Origin: an uncultured Chlamydiae bacterium
GTDB taxonomy: Bacteria; Chlamydiota; Chlamydiia; Chlamydiales; SM23-39
Reading direction: 5' to 3'
DNA length: 64,000 nucleotides
Assembly (NCBI GenBank): GCA_963828125.1
Contig: CAWHDP010000001.1
Coordinates: forward strand, 128,001-192,000
This document shows, in pieces, positions 40,680 to 51,396 of the stretch. Under the pieces are notes generated by a model. It was given only the letters and a program-made list of their open reading frames with translations, was not told the origin of the DNA and did no database searches. Made by a program: the position numbers and the translations under genes. Every line of letters starts with the position of its first letter. Position 1 is the stretch's first letter.

Positions 40680-40708
40680 ATTATACCATAAAAAAAATCT
40701 CTTGTCAA
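40680..40708 (-). promoter_or_regulatory. Consensus sigma70 promoter
   Basis: TTGACA-17-TATAAT on the minus strand. Confidence 0.85.
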
Positions 40709-40726
40709 ACTATCCTAAGTGATTGA

Positions 40727-41002
40727 TTATGAATCGCCATCGTCTTCTCCGGCCCCTCTTTTCCAGTCTTTTTTCATTTTCTCGGTCATTTTTTGGAATG
40801 TTTTGCTGATGTAGCCGTTCAAATTATTCAGGAAGATATTCATCAGCTTAGTCCAGTCCTTGGCTGTGAAATCCATCCCTAAGAAATGGTGGCCCTCCTT
40901 AAACTCGAAACTTCCTGTATTTTTTGGGGGAGCCGATCCTGGCTGTTGCACGCCTTTTGGACTATTGCCTGAAGGGGGGACCGGATCTGAGTTGTTTACC
41001 AT
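40727..41002 (-). CDS. Small hypothetical protein, possible type III secretion substrate
   Basis: GAGG SD; Pro/Ser-rich disordered N-terminus and helical C-terminus. Confidence 0.65.
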   Translation of the reverse strand: MVNNSDPVPPSGNSPKGVQQPGSAPPKNTGSFEFKEGHHFLGMDFTAKDWTKLMNIFLNNLNGYISKTFQKMTEKMKKDWKRGAGEDDGDS

Positions 41003-41033
41003 AATGCACCTCGCGTTTTATTTTATAGGATGA

Positions 41034-41429
41034 ATGGATTATTCAATAGCCCGTAAACTTGCACTCCGTCTTCTTTCGATGAGGAATTACCACACGGCTA
41101 TGTTACAGCGCAAACTGGAAAGAAAAGGGTGTTCGAAAGAGATATGCGAACGGGTGATAGAAGATTGTAAGAGGATCGGGCTGTTCAACGATGAGGATGC
41201 TATTTTACGCGAACTCAGACGAGGATATGGCCCTCGCGCCATCGAATGTAAACTCCATTTAAGCAGGGAAGAGGTGCGGAGGGCGATCACCCGCGATATG
41301 CAGCGGCAGCGGATTGCAGAATGGAGAGCGCAATCGGCCTCGCGCGAAAAAGCGATCCGTGCATTGCAACGGCGCGGCTTCGATCTCGATCTTGTGATTG
41401 AAATTTTCTCTTTGTCGGAGATAGAGTAA
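41034..41429 (+). CDS. recX: RecX-like regulator
   Basis: ALRLLSMR..LQRKL, GYGPRAI, ALQRRGF. Confidence 0.8.
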   Translation: MDYSIARKLALRLLSMRNYHTAMLQRKLERKGCSKEICERVIEDCKRIGLFNDEDAILRELRRGYGPRAIECKLHLSREEVRRAITRDMQRQRIAEWRAQSASREKAIRALQRRGFDLDLVIEIFSLSEIE

Positions 41430-41433
41430 TGAA

Positions 41434-42420
41434 ATGCTATCTATTGGAATTTTGGGGATCAATTACAAGACTGCGGACTTAACTCTCCGCGAGGCGATTG
41501 CCCGCGGCGCGCTTACTTTAAGCGGTGAGAAGGCCCTTTTTTTCCCCCATCCAACCGTTCTTCTCTCCACTTGCAATCGGACAGAGATTTATTTCAGCGC
41601 TGACGATTTGGCTGTAGCTCATAGCCATCTTCTCGCCCATTTGCGCTCCCATATCGAAAGCCCCTTCGAGCATCGGCTCTACTCCTATTTTGGGGTGGAG
41701 TGCTTCGCCCATCTTTGCAGGGTTGCGTCTGGGCTGGACAGTGCGATTTTAGCCGAGACTGAGATCCAAAGACAGGTAAAAGTGGCCTACGCGAGCGCCC
41801 GCCATTTGCCCTCCTCCCTCCATTTTGTCTTTCAAAAAGCGCTCAAAATTAGCAAAGAGCTCAGAAATCAATTGAATGTTCAAAGGGGGGCGCCGACTCT
41901 CTATGGAACCCTCTGGCGGCTAGCCAAGTGGCGGAGCGCAAAAATTCTTTTAGTCGGCTATTCAGAGATCAATCGGGGCCTGATCTCTTTTCTACAGCAC
42001 AAAAGGGTCGAAGGGATTGTGCTGTGTACACGGAATCCGTCTCAATTGCAGTTGAAAGGGATTGAAATCGTTGGGAGAGAGATACTTGCCCGCTGGCCAG
42101 ATTACGACGTTATTGTTTGCGCAAGCCAGGCTGAAGATTACTTAATCCGCGGTCAAGGCAGAGAAACGGTCATTTTCGATTTGAGCGTGCCGAGAAATGT
42201 CGATCCTGCGGTGGGCGCTTTGGTCTACAATATTGAACAGGTGCATAGACTCACCGAACAAAAAGGGTCTGCAGAGATCCTCGAATTATCCGAAGGCTAT
42301 ATTTGGGAAAGCGTCCACCAACAATCTCGCATTTATCAATCTAAAACTCAGCGTGGCCTGGAAAGCGGGGAAAGGGGATCACATCCCGAATATTTTCCAT
42401 GCCGGTCACAAATAATATGA
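41434..42420 (+). CDS. hemA: Glutamyl-tRNA reductase
   Basis: [43 protein letters not shown]. Confidence 0.92.
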   Translation: MLSIGILGINYKTADLTLREAIARGALTLSGEKALFFPHPTVLLSTCNRTEIYFSADDLAVAHSHLLAHLRSHIESPFEHRLYSYFGVECFAHLCRVASGLDSAILAETEIQRQVKVAYASARHLPSSLHFVFQKALKISKELRNQLNVQRGAPTLYGTLWRLAKWRSAKILLVGYSEINRGLISFLQHKRVEGIVLCTRNPSQLQLKGIEIVGREILARWPDYDVIVCASQAEDYLIRGQGRETVIFDLSVPRNVDPAVGALVYNIEQVHRLTEQKGSAEILELSEGYIWESVHQQSRIYQSKTQRGLESGERGSHPEYFPCRSQII

Positions 42421-43699
42421 GTCTCTCCAAGCCCAATCCAAAGCCGGCATGAGGCACTGAACCATACTCGCGCAATTCTAAATACCACCAATAATCCTCC
42501 CGCTTTAACCCAAATTCATCGAGTTTCTTCTCCAGTCGATCCAACCTCTCTTCGCGCTGCGATCCGCCGATGATTTCGCCGATTTTCGGGACGAGGACGT
42601 CCATGGCGGCGACAGTCTTCCCATCGTGGTTGGCGCGCATGTAGAATGCTTTAATGCTGGCTGGGTAATCGGTGAGGATGACCGGTTTTTTGCAGTATTC
42701 TTCGGCAAGATACCTCTCGTGCTCCGATTGAAGGTCGGTGCCCCAATCGACGGGGAACTCAAATTGCTTGGGCGCTTTTTTAAGGATCTCGATCGCTTGA
42801 GTGTAGGGGATGTGGGCAAAAGGGGAGCTTACGACATGCTGAAGCCTGGCGAGGAGGCCGTTTTCAATGAATTTATCGAAAAATTCGAGGTCTTCTTTAC
42901 AGTGTTCTAGGACGTAATGGATACAGAATTTTAAGTACGATTCGGCGCATTCCATGTTGGTTTTGAGATCGGCAAAGGCCATCTCCGGCTCGATCATCCA
43001 AAATTCGGCGAGGTGGCGGGATGTGTGGGAATTCTCGGCGCGGAAAGTGGGGCCGAATGTATAGATATCGGAAAGGGCGCAGGCGAGGATTTCCCCTTCG
43101 AGCTGTCCTGAAACGGTGAGATAGGTCGATTTGCCAAAAAAATCTTTGGCCGGATCGGATTTTTCAAGGGTCGTGACGCGGAACATCTCGCCCCCTCCTT
43201 CACAGTCAGATCCGGTGATAATCGGCGTTTGGACGTACAAAAATCCCCGCTGATGAAAAAAAAGGTGAGTGGCGAAGGAAAGTGCGCTTCGGATCCGGAG
43301 GACGGCTCCTTGTGTATTGGTACGGGGGCGGAGGTGGGCAATGGTGCGGAGATATTCGAAGCTGTGCCGTTTTTTCTGGAGGGGATATTTCATCGGATCG
43401 CAGGCGCCAATGACGCGGATTTCGGCGGCTCTGAGCTCCACGGCTTGATTCTTGCCGGGACTTTCAACCAGCTCCCCAGAAGCAATGATTGAAGCGCCTG
43501 TGGCGAGGAGTTTGATCGCCTCTTCGTAGCCGGGAATAGTGGCGTCGGCAATCACTTGGAGATTGCCGAGAGTCGATCCGTCATTCACTTCGATAAAGGC
43601 GAACGATTTTTGGTCTCGGACGGTTCGTACCCACCCATGCACGATGGCAGAGGTGTTCGGTTGACTCTTCAAAATCTCTTTAATTTTTTTCTTCAGCAT
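42341..43699 (-). CDS. asnS: Asparagine--tRNA ligase
   Basis: [43 protein letters not shown]. Confidence 0.97.
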   Translation of the reverse strand: MLKKKIKEILKSQPNTSAIVHGWVRTVRDQKSFAFIEVNDGSTLGNLQVIADATIPGYEEAIKLLATGASIIASGELVESPGKNQAVELRAAEIRVIGACDPMKYPLQKKRHSFEYLRTIAHLRPRTNTQGAVLRIRSALSFATHLFFHQRGFLYVQTPIITGSDCEGGGEMFRVTTLEKSDPAKDFFGKSTYLTVSGQLEGEILACALSDIYTFGPTFRAENSHTSRHLAEFWMIEPEMAFADLKTNMECAESYLKFCIHYVLEHCKEDLEFFDKFIENGLLARLQHVVSSPFAHIPYTQAIEILKKAPKQFEFPVDWGTDLQSEHERYLAEEYCKKPVILTDYPASIKAFYMRANHDGKTVAAMDVLVPKIGEIIGGSQREERLDRLEKKLDEFGLKREDYWWYLELREYGSVPHAGFGLGLERLILFVTGMENIRDVIPFPRFPGHAEF

Positions 43700-44528
43700 A
43701 ATTCCGTAGGGTGGCGATTTCATTTTTCCAGCTCGGAGGGCCGCTCGGGGTCTCCAAGTATTTAGGGACGTCGATGTTTTGCATGACAAAGCGGAAAGAC
43801 TCCAGCCCGATTTTCCCCTGCCCGATATCGGCGTGCCGATCGACGCGCGAGCCAAAATCTTTAGCGGAATCGTTTAAGTGCATGGCGCTTAAGTACTTAA
43901 GCCCAATCCGGTCGTCAAACTCTTTGAGGGTCTTTTTCCATCCGTCCGGAGTCCGTATGTCGTAGCCGGCAACGAAAATATGACAGGTGTCGATGCAGAC
44001 GCCGATCGGGATTTTCCCACTCACTCTGGCGATGATGGCGCCGATCTGCTCAAAGCGGTGGCCGACGCTAGTCCCTTGACCTGCCGTGGTTTCCAAAACA
44101 ATTTTTGTTTCCCCTTGTCCGATCAGCTCTTCCATCTCGAATAGACTCTCTACAATCGTGTCGATGCACTGTTCCGGCGTGCCGGTAGTAGCGGAGCCGG
44201 GATGAAAATTCAAATAGGGGATCTGGAGGAGGTGACACCGTTCGAGTTCGCTTCGAAAGGCTTTGCGGCTTTTGATGAGCATTTCCAAATCGGGGGAGCC
44301 TAAATTGATCAGATAACTGTCATGGCTCATCACATCGGTGATCCCTGTTTCGGCAAGCGCTTTTTCCCACAGAGCCACCTCTTCCGAGAGGATCTGACGA
44401 CCGTTCCACTGTTTCTGATTGCTGGTAAACAGTTGAATGGCCGTTGCGCCGATCTCTCTCCCTTCATAGAGAGCATTTGAAACACCTCCAGCAGCAGAGG
44501 TGTGGGCTCCGAGCAAAATTTTCTTCAC
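43680..44528 (-). CDS. nfo: Endonuclease IV
   Basis: [36 protein letters not shown]. Confidence 0.96.
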   Translation of the reverse strand: MKKILLGAHTSAAGGVSNALYEGREIGATAIQLFTSNQKQWNGRQILSEEVALWEKALAETGITDVMSHDSYLINLGSPDLEMLIKSRKAFRSELERCHLLQIPYLNFHPGSATTGTPEQCIDTIVESLFEMEELIGQGETKIVLETTAGQGTSVGHRFEQIGAIIARVSGKIPIGVCIDTCHIFVAGYDIRTPDGWKKTLKEFDDRIGLKYLSAMHLNDSAKDFGSRVDRHADIGQGKIGLESFRFVMQNIDVPKYLETPSGPPSWKNEIATLRNYAEEKN

Positions 44529-44541
44529 TGTATTCTTTGAT

Positions 44542-46008
44542 CTACAATTTGCCTGTGTGGGTTAAACGGATCTTACTGTGCTTGATGCTGTATGTGAAGT
44601 AAATCGCGAATCCGATCACTAACCACAGGATCATCTGCAGCCAGGTGACGGCAGGGAGGCAGAGCATTTGTCCAAAGCAGGAGAGGATGCCAAGGAGAGG
44701 CACCCAAGGGACGAACGGCACTTTAAAGGGTCTTTTAAATTCAGGGTGAGTATGCCGCAGGATCCAAACGCCAAGGCAGACGATCGCAAAAATGAAGAGG
44801 GTCATCATTGAGACGAGCTGGCCCAGGATTTCGACGGGAAAAATGCCGGCGAGGACGAGGGTCGCAAAGGCCGCGATGAGGCAAGAGGCGACGGGGGTCC
44901 GGGATTTTGAGTGGACTTTGGAAAAAATTTGGGGGAGAAGCCCGTCTTTGCCGATAGCGAGAAAGATGCGGGACTGGCCCAAAAGTTGGACGAGGATCAC
45001 CGATGCAAGGCCGGCAAGGATCGCTATTTTGACAATGGAGGCGACCCAGAAAAAAGAGGAGCCCATGGCGTCGAGGGCTACTGCGATCGGATCGGAGACG
45101 TTGAGAAGGGTATAACTCACGATTCCGGTTAGGGTCGCTGCTACGATGATGTAGGCGACTGTGCAAATGATGAGCGATCCGAGTATGCCTCGCGGGAGAT
45201 CTTTCTGGGGATTTTTTGCGTCTTGGGCCAGAGTCGATACGGTATCGAAGCCTATGTAGGCAAAGAAGACGAGACCTGCGGCTCTGACGATTCCTGACCA
45301 GCCAAAATCGCCGAAATGACCTGTGTTCTCGGGGATGAACGGGAACCAGTTCTCGGGCTGAATGTGGGGAATGCCAAGAATCAAAAAGAGGACGACGGTG
45401 CACAATTTGATGACGACCATAATGCTGTTGAAATGGGCGGCGGCTTTGATCCCAATCGAAATCATAATTCCGATAAAGAGAACCAAAAGCATCGCGGGGA
45501 GATCAAACAGAGAGCCGGTCGAGGACCAACCGTGGCCTATTTCATAGGCGAAGGGAGCCGACCCAATCCAATCGGGGACAAAAAGACCCCAATCTTTGAG
45601 AAAGCTCTTGAAGTATCCAGACCAACCGGCTGCGACAGTCGACGCCGAAAGGATATATTGCCCCGTAACCGCCCAGCCGATGATCCAAGCTGGCAGCTCT
45701 CCCATCGCGATGTAGGCGTAAGAGTAGGAGCCCCCCGCAATTGGGATCAGAGAGGAGAGCTCTGCATAGCAAAGACCGGCAAAGACGCAAATCACGGACG
45801 CTAGCACAAAGGAGAGGACGATGGCGGGGCCTGCGTATTCGGCAGAGGCTTTACCTGTGATCACGAAGATCCCTGCGCCGATGATGGCGCCGATCCCGAT
45901 CACGATGAGCTGAAACCAGCCCAAATGTCTTTTTAATCCTTGATGCTCTTCTTCGAGCTCTACAAAATTTGCCTTGAGCGGCTTGCGGAGAAATAATTTC
46001 TTAATCAT
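44542..46008 (-). CDS. APC-family amino acid permease
   Basis: GAIIGAGIF, CYAEL, FFAYIGFD, multiple TMs. Confidence 0.93.
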   Translation of the reverse strand: MIKKLFLRKPLKANFVELEEEHQGLKRHLGWFQLIVIGIGAIIGAGIFVITGKASAEYAGPAIVLSFVLASVICVFAGLCYAELSSLIPIAGGSYSYAYIAMGELPAWIIGWAVTGQYILSASTVAAGWSGYFKSFLKDWGLFVPDWIGSAPFAYEIGHGWSSTGSLFDLPAMLLVLFIGIMISIGIKAAAHFNSIMVVIKLCTVVLFLILGIPHIQPENWFPFIPENTGHFGDFGWSGIVRAAGLVFFAYIGFDTVSTLAQDAKNPQKDLPRGILGSLIICTVAYIIVAATLTGIVSYTLLNVSDPIAVALDAMGSSFFWVASIVKIAILAGLASVILVQLLGQSRIFLAIGKDGLLPQIFSKVHSKSRTPVASCLIAAFATLVLAGIFPVEILGQLVSMMTLFIFAIVCLGVWILRHTHPEFKRPFKVPFVPWVPLLGILSCFGQMLCLPAVTWLQMILWLVIGFAIYFTYSIKHSKIRLTHTGKL

Positions 46009-46061
46009 AAACCCACGGAACCCTTTTCACAGAAAATATGTCCATATAAGTAAATCCATTC

Positions 46062-46682
46062 CTACGAAGTATGAGAGATAAACTCGCACACTAGGGGGAT
46101 GTTGATTGGTATGGGGAGGGAGATTTGGTCGAGTTGCGGAGAACTCAACAATCTGCCTGAAAATTTATCCCCTTCAAGGATGAGGTACTCGGGTACATCC
46201 CTGCCAATGTTCTCTTGTGCAGCCAAGATCGGCTTCATTTGACGCGAAGCGGGGCGGATCGAGACGACCATTCCTGGCCTTACGAGGAATGAGCGGCGAT
46301 CCACTTTTTTCCCATCGACCTGAATATGGCCGTGAGAGACGAGCTGTTGGGCGCCGAAGATCGATGAGGAGAAGCGGAGGCGATAGACGACGTTGTCTAA
46401 GCGGCACTCGAGCTGCTCGATGAATAAGGTCGCAGTATGCCCTTTGCGCTCCAAAGCTTTTTTGTAGGCGTTGACGAGCTGCTTTTGGCTGATCATGCCG
46501 TAGACGGCCTTCAGCTTTTGACGCTCTTCGAGTTGGAGCCCAAAGTCCGATTTTTTCTTCCGCTTCGCGCCATGCATCCCGGGAGGATGCTGTTTGTGAA
46601 GCATTGGATTGCGGGCTTTGCCAAAGATATTGGCGGCAAATTTACGGGCGATGCGGTTTTTAGGTCCTCTATAACGAGCCAT
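46062..46682 (-). CDS. rpsD: 30S ribosomal protein S4
   Basis: MARYRGPK, LECRLDNVVYR, QLVSHGH. Confidence 0.97.
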   Translation of the reverse strand: MARYRGPKNRIARKFAANIFGKARNPMLHKQHPPGMHGAKRKKKSDFGLQLEERQKLKAVYGMISQKQLVNAYKKALERKGHTATLFIEQLECRLDNVVYRLRFSSSIFGAQQLVSHGHIQVDGKKVDRRSFLVRPGMVVSIRPASRQMKPILAAQENIGRDVPEYLILEGDKFSGRLLSSPQLDQISLPIPINIPLVCEFISHTS

Positions 46683-46783
46683 TAGGTTCTCCGAAAAGTA
46701 TTCGATTTAAAGCATGAGAGTGTAACCGAGGGGGAAATTTTTGGCAAATTCAATTGCCAAAATTTTGTCGGATGAGCTAAATT

Positions 46784-47749
46784 GTGAGCCTTATGGAATA
46801 TAAAGTTTTAGCTTACTACAGGATTGGATCCTTGGATGACCCCCAGGCGGAGGTGGCTCGTCATAAGGAATTTTTGAGTCGACTTGATTTCAAGTGCCGG
46901 ATTTATATTTCCGAACAGGGGATCAACGGCCAAGCGAGCGGACGGGCTGATCATGCTGATGAGTATATGGCTTGGATGCGCTCCGATGAGCGGTTTAAAG
47001 AAATGCCTTTTAAGGTACACAGGGCCGAGGAGCATGTTTTTCCTAAAATGACGGTGAAGTATCGGAAGCAATTGGTCGCGCTCGATTGCGAGGTCGATTT
47101 TTCGCTTGCGGGCGAACATATTTCTCCTGAGGAGTGGAAAAAAAGGATGGCGGAGAGGGACAAAGATACGTTGATTCTCGATGTAAGAAATGACTACGAA
47201 TGGAAGATCGGTAGATTTGAAGGGTCTGAGCTTCCTCCCTTGGAGACGTTCCGCGAATTTCCCGCTTATGCAAAAAAATTGAAGGAGGAGCGGGATCCCA
47301 AGACGACCTCCGTCATGATGTATTGTACGGGGGGCATTCGGTGCGAATTTTTTTCGGCTCTGATGAAGAAGGAGGGGTTTGAAAAGGTGGTTCAGCTCGA
47401 TGGGGGCGTGATTCATTACGGTTTGAAAGAGGGGAGCGATCACTGGGAGGGGAAGCTTTTTGTCTTCGACGACCGGCTGGCTGTGCCGATGGGAGAGAAA
47501 GTGGGGCCGATCAGCGATTGCGTCCACTGCGGAAAGCCGAATGACGTCTACTATAATTGTGCTAATATGGATTGCAATGAACTGTTTTTATGCTGCCCTG
47601 ATTGTCTGAAGATGCACCAAGGGTGTTGCTCGTCCGATTGCAGTCAGCAGGAGAGAATTCGTCCCTATCAAGAGAGCGCGAGGCCGTTTAGAAAGTGGGG
47701 CTATGAAGAGAAATTAGCTTGGAAAAATGGATCTCCATTACACAATTGA
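46784..47749 (+). CDS. trhO: Rhodanese-domain tRNA uridine(34) hydroxylase (YceA/UPF0176)
   Basis: RIYISEQGIN, DVRNDYE, MYCTGGIRCE, GKLFVFDDR. Confidence 0.92.
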   Translation: MSLMEYKVLAYYRIGSLDDPQAEVARHKEFLSRLDFKCRIYISEQGINGQASGRADHADEYMAWMRSDERFKEMPFKVHRAEEHVFPKMTVKYRKQLVALDCEVDFSLAGEHISPEEWKKRMAERDKDTLILDVRNDYEWKIGRFEGSELPPLETFREFPAYAKKLKEERDPKTTSVMMYCTGGIRCEFFSALMKKEGFEKVVQLDGGVIHYGLKEGSDHWEGKLFVFDDRLAVPMGEKVGPISDCVHCGKPNDVYYNCANMDCNELFLCCPDCLKMHQGCCSSDCSQQERIRPYQESARPFRKWGYEEKLAWKNGSPLHN

Positions 47750-49778
47750 GAGGAAGGGGAATTCTCTCCTCGTCCGGATAAAGGAGCAGGGGAGCTCAAG
47801 GCGTCTTTACCTCGACACCCTAAAAGCTGCCGCAAGAGAGCGGGATCGCGAGGCGCTTTCTCTGCTCATTAAAATTCATCTACAGACTACTCGTCATTCG
47901 GATACTTTGACTTTTGATCGGATCGAGGTGCCTCCGCACCATGTGGCCGAAGCGCTCCGCTTGATGCGGGCTACTGGAAGGATGTTCGGCGAAAAGCTGG
48001 CTCCTGAGGAAAAACCGCTCGCCGTGCTGCCCCGCTTGGTATTAAGGGACAAAAATGGTTGTTTTGCCGATCTTTGGATGCATTATGGAATCGGCGTACT
48101 CGAATTTCACGATTTTGCTCCGACCATTCAGGGGCGAGTGCGGCTGAAGAAGGAAGAGGCGCAATGGGAAAAAGATCTCCTTGAGTCGGGCTATACGAAA
48201 AAAATCGTCGGCGATTCTCAGTATTACTGTCCCAAGGAGCGGGTGAGGGAGTCCCTCTCCCTTCTGTTGGACGTGGGGTGGGAAATTTTAGGGCCTGAGG
48301 GGCAAGCGATTCAGAAAGGGATCGATGTGCGGGAAGAAAAGGGGCGCATTGCCATTCGCGGGGCGATCCGAGGTCTGATCGATAGCAAGCTGCAGATGGA
48401 GGGGGTTTGGGAAGGGGAGACGCTCTACTTAAAAAGAGGTCAGATGGGGGCCGCTTTGACGCTTTTGGGCGATCCCGCAGTTTGTTGGGAGGAGTCGCTT
48501 CGCCGTTTGGTTGAGGGGCTCAAACAGAGTCCGTTTTTGCAAACGGCTCCCCCCGCTCCGTCGTTTCGGGGGGAGCTCCTCCCCTATCAGCAAAAGGGGG
48601 TCGACTGGCTCCAGTTTCTTTATGATTGGGGCTTCTCTGGTCTCTTGGCCGATGAAATGGGGCTTGGCAAAACGGTCCAGGTTCTGGCATTTCTTTCCCG
48701 TCTCGGGACAAAATTGCCGGTGTTAATCGTCGCGCCGACCACGCTCCTCTTTAATTGGCGGGCTGAAATCGATCGGTTCCTCCCAGGTCAGGATCACTTC
48801 GTCTTGATTTCGTATACAGCGCTGAGGCTGAATGAGTCGCTCTATGCGAAGAGCGAATTCGGGGCGATTATCCTCGATGAATCGAACGCGATTAAAACGG
48901 CCGCAACCCAAACAGCGAGAGCGGCTTTTCAACTCAGAGGCCGTTTTAAAGTTTGTTTAAGCGGCACACCTATGGAAAACAGGCCTGATGAGCTGTGGTC
49001 CCAATTCCATTTTTTGATGCCAGGCTTGATAGAGAGGGGGATCGAAACATTGAAAAGCCAAGTCCGTCCGTTCATTTTGCGGAGGAGAAAAGAAGACGTG
49101 CAACTCGATCTGCCGGAAAAAATTGAGCAGATCACTTGGATCGACATGGAAGAAGAGCAACGGGAGCTCTATGAGTCGTATCGGAGAGGGATTCGAACCG
49201 ACGGGGCGAGCCAAATGGAAATTTTAGAGGCGATTTTACGGCTTCGGCAAATCAGCTGCGATCCTCGCCTTGTGGGGAGCGAAATCGTTGGAGCTAAGAC
49301 GCAGCGAGTTGTGGCAGATATTCGGGAGGCGCTTGAAGAGAAGAGGAAAATCCTTGTCTATAGCCAATTTACGTCGATGCTCCAACTGATTCAATGCGAG
49401 TTTCCTGAAGCGCTCTATCTCGATGGATCGGTCAGCAGCTCCAAACGGGGCGAATTAGTGCGGTTGTTTCAAGAAGATCCAGCGCAACGTCTTTTCCTAT
49501 TGAGTCTCAAGGCGGGAGGCGTTGGGCTAAACTTGACGGCGGCCGACTATGTACTCATGATCGACCCCTGGTGGAATGAGGCGGTTGAGCGGCAAGCGAT
49601 CGATCGGGCCCATCGGATCGGTCAAAAGAGAACCGTGATGGCTAAACGGTACTTAAGCCTTCATACGGTCGAGGAGAAGATGCTGCAGCTCAAGGACAGA
49701 AAACAGCAGGCAGCCGATCAACTCCTCGATTTTGAAGGGGGGGTCAGTCAGGAAGATCTATTCGCCCTACTGAGTTGA
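47727..49778 (+). CDS. SNF2-family helicase
   Basis: LADEMGLGKT, ILDES, SGTPMEN, LSLKAGGVGLNL, DRAHRIGQ. Confidence 0.93.
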   Translation: MDLHYTIERKGNSLLVRIKEQGSSRRLYLDTLKAAARERDREALSLLIKIHLQTTRHSDTLTFDRIEVPPHHVAEALRLMRATGRMFGEKLAPEEKPLAVLPRLVLRDKNGCFADLWMHYGIGVLEFHDFAPTIQGRVRLKKEEAQWEKDLLESGYTKKIVGDSQYYCPKERVRESLSLLLDVGWEILGPEGQAIQKGIDVREEKGRIAIRGAIRGLIDSKLQMEGVWEGETLYLKRGQMGAALTLLGDPAVCWEESLRRLVEGLKQSPFLQTAPPAPSFRGELLPYQQKGVDWLQFLYDWGFSGLLADEMGLGKTVQVLAFLSRLGTKLPVLIVAPTTLLFNWRAEIDRFLPGQDHFVLISYTALRLNESLYAKSEFGAIILDESNAIKTAATQTARAAFQLRGRFKVCLSGTPMENRPDELWSQFHFLMPGLIERGIETLKSQVRPFILRRRKEDVQLDLPEKIEQITWIDMEEEQRELYESYRRGIRTDGASQMEILEAILRLRQISCDPRLVGSEIVGAKTQRVVADIREALEEKRKILVYSQFTSMLQLIQCEFPEALYLDGSVSSSKRGELVRLFQEDPAQRLFLLSLKAGGVGLNLTAADYVLMIDPWWNEAVERQAIDRAHRIGQKRTVMAKRYLSLHTVEEKMLQLKDRKQQAADQLLDFEGGVSQEDLFALLS

Positions 49779-49976
49779 GTCCCAGTCCTTTTCAGTCTTT
49801 ACCTTTTTTTTGAGATCTGTTTCCAGCATCTCTAAAGCTGCGGCCTTTAAGGTTTTTAGTCCTTCGGCAAAGCCGAGAGCCCGCGCTAAGTGTTCCAGGT
49901 AATGCAGTTCAGCGGCCAGTTGGTCGTTCATAGATTCCAATTTCGCGATTTTTTTTAGGAAGTCTTTGTTTTTCAT
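49767..49976 (-). CDS. Small helical hypothetical protein
   Basis: MKNKDFLKKIAKLESMNDQL..LGFAEGL; GGAG SD. Confidence 0.65.
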   Translation of the reverse strand: MKNKDFLKKIAKLESMNDQLAAELHYLEHLARALGFAEGLKTLKAAALEMLETDLKKKVKTEKDWDSTQ

Positions 49977-50116
49977 ACTCCACCCTCTCTTTCGTATGAA
50001 AGATAGATGCAAAACCCGTGCCACCGATTTCGGTGGGCCCTCTTTGCGTAAAAAAGTCTTGATCCAAAATGGGGGAGCTGACAAGGTTGAGGTGTTCTTA
50101 ACCCAGGGGTTTACCA

Positions 50117-50344
50117 ATGCAAAAAAAGTTGATTGTTATCACATGTTTAAGTCTGCTCGCCTGTTCTTGCGCTCAGCACCAGATGGATACGAAAAAAATG
50201 GATCAAAACGATCAAGATCAGTCGAAACCGATGCAGCCAGAGAAAACAACATCAGAGAGCTGCTGTGGAGCCGCAAAAGCAACTGCGCCGCAGAGCCAGA
50301 CTGCAGCGACTCCCGAAGTCAAAGTGGACAAAGCTTCACAGTAA
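50117..50344 (+). CDS. Small lipoprotein
   Basis: Signal peptide with lipobox-like LLACSC; low-complexity tail with CC. Confidence 0.65.
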   Translation: MQKKLIVITCLSLLACSCAQHQMDTKKMDQNDQDQSKPMQPEKTTSESCCGAAKATAPQSQTAATPEVKVDKASQ

Positions 50345-50350
50345 AAATAC

Positions 50351-50372
50351 AAGGCAGGCTCTGCCTGCCTTT
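50351..50372. terminator. Bidirectional intrinsic terminator
   Basis: AAGGCAGG-ctctg-CCTGCCTT hairpin between convergent genes. Confidence 0.7.
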
Positions 50373-51356
50373 CTATCGTAATTTCTGTTCGTGGAATTCG
50401 GAGAGAATTTCATCCCGCTCCTCTAGGACTTTAAACCGCTCCGCATTCACCGATTGTCCTTTAAAAAACCACTCTGTATCGGAGGATTCTTCAGTATAGA
50501 TTTTGCTGGCGCCATGTTTTTTATCATTGCGCCATTGGATTTCAGCGGTGAGATTGCCCAGATCATCATAGTGGCGTTCGACTCCGTGCTTCTCTCCGTA
50601 GATGTAGGGGATGACAGCTATTTTAGAACCGTTGCGATAGACAGTTTTCAATCCGTCGAGGACGCCCTGGTTCCAGTTGAGTTCCATCAGAAGACGTCCG
50701 GACGCTGTATACTTTGTCTGAGGGCCGTGCAGCAGATCGTTTTCGTAGTGCGAGACGGTATGAATCTCTCCATTCGGATGGTAGGTGGTGCGGGCTGCCA
50801 TGATCCCATTTTCAATCGCATCGCGAGAGATGAGAAGGCCGTTCCGATCTCGCTTGACCCGCTCGCCCATCCCTGCTACGACGCTTGCCTCTAATTCGTG
50901 CTCAGGGGTGAAGTATTTGGCCTCAACGAGAATGGCGCCGTCATACTCTTCGATGCTCAAAGGAACCCCTTTGCTGTCCCACAAAGTGGCGGCCCTTCTG
51001 TTGTCGAATTCATAGAGCTCTTCGCGAATCGGCATGCCAGCTGCATCGTTCCATTGTTCTTTGAGAAGCGTTCCCTGATCATAGACGAGCGCTCTCTCCA
51101 CAATCAAACTATGAGGGAATGTGTAAGAGGTAAGTCCGTGAAGCTGCCCATTTTCGTATGAACGGGTCACCTTGACTCCGTTTTTCAGCATGGAGACCAC
51201 CTGGCCGTCGCTGGCCCGCTCCTCCCACTCCTTCGCAGAGGTTTCGAAACCGTATTTGTGGACGAACGTTTGCGAGACCACTTGGTCGACAGAGTTGCTT
51301 GTTTGACAGGACGTGAACAGGACACATCCAGATAAAAATAAAGGAATGCGCTTCAT
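50373..51356 (-). CDS. MORN-variant repeat (YwqK-like) lipoprotein
   Basis: Lipobox FTS-C; repeated YENGQLHG / YENDLLHG / WNQGVLDG units. Confidence 0.85.
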   Translation of the reverse strand: MKRIPLFLSGCVLFTSCQTSNSVDQVVSQTFVHKYGFETSAKEWEERASDGQVVSMLKNGVKVTRSYENGQLHGLTSYTFPHSLIVERALVYDQGTLLKEQWNDAAGMPIREELYEFDNRRAATLWDSKGVPLSIEEYDGAILVEAKYFTPEHELEASVVAGMGERVKRDRNGLLISRDAIENGIMAARTTYHPNGEIHTVSHYENDLLHGPQTKYTASGRLLMELNWNQGVLDGLKTVYRNGSKIAVIPYIYGEKHGVERHYDDLGNLTAEIQWRNDKKHGASKIYTEESSDTEWFFKGQSVNAERFKVLEERDEILSEFHEQKLR

Positions 51357-51396
51357 AAAGAACCTCGCTATACGGAAGATGCTATACTGGGGCTGT

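Noticed and set aside
42341..42420. 80-bp convergent overlap of hemA and asnS as antisense regulation
   Set aside because: Most simply a stop-codon extension of the non-conserved hemA tail in a compact genome; no other support.
50373..51356. YwqK-like protein as an antitoxin of the Rhs system
   Set aside because: MORN-repeat lipoprotein embedded in core genes beside pheT, with no adjacent toxin.
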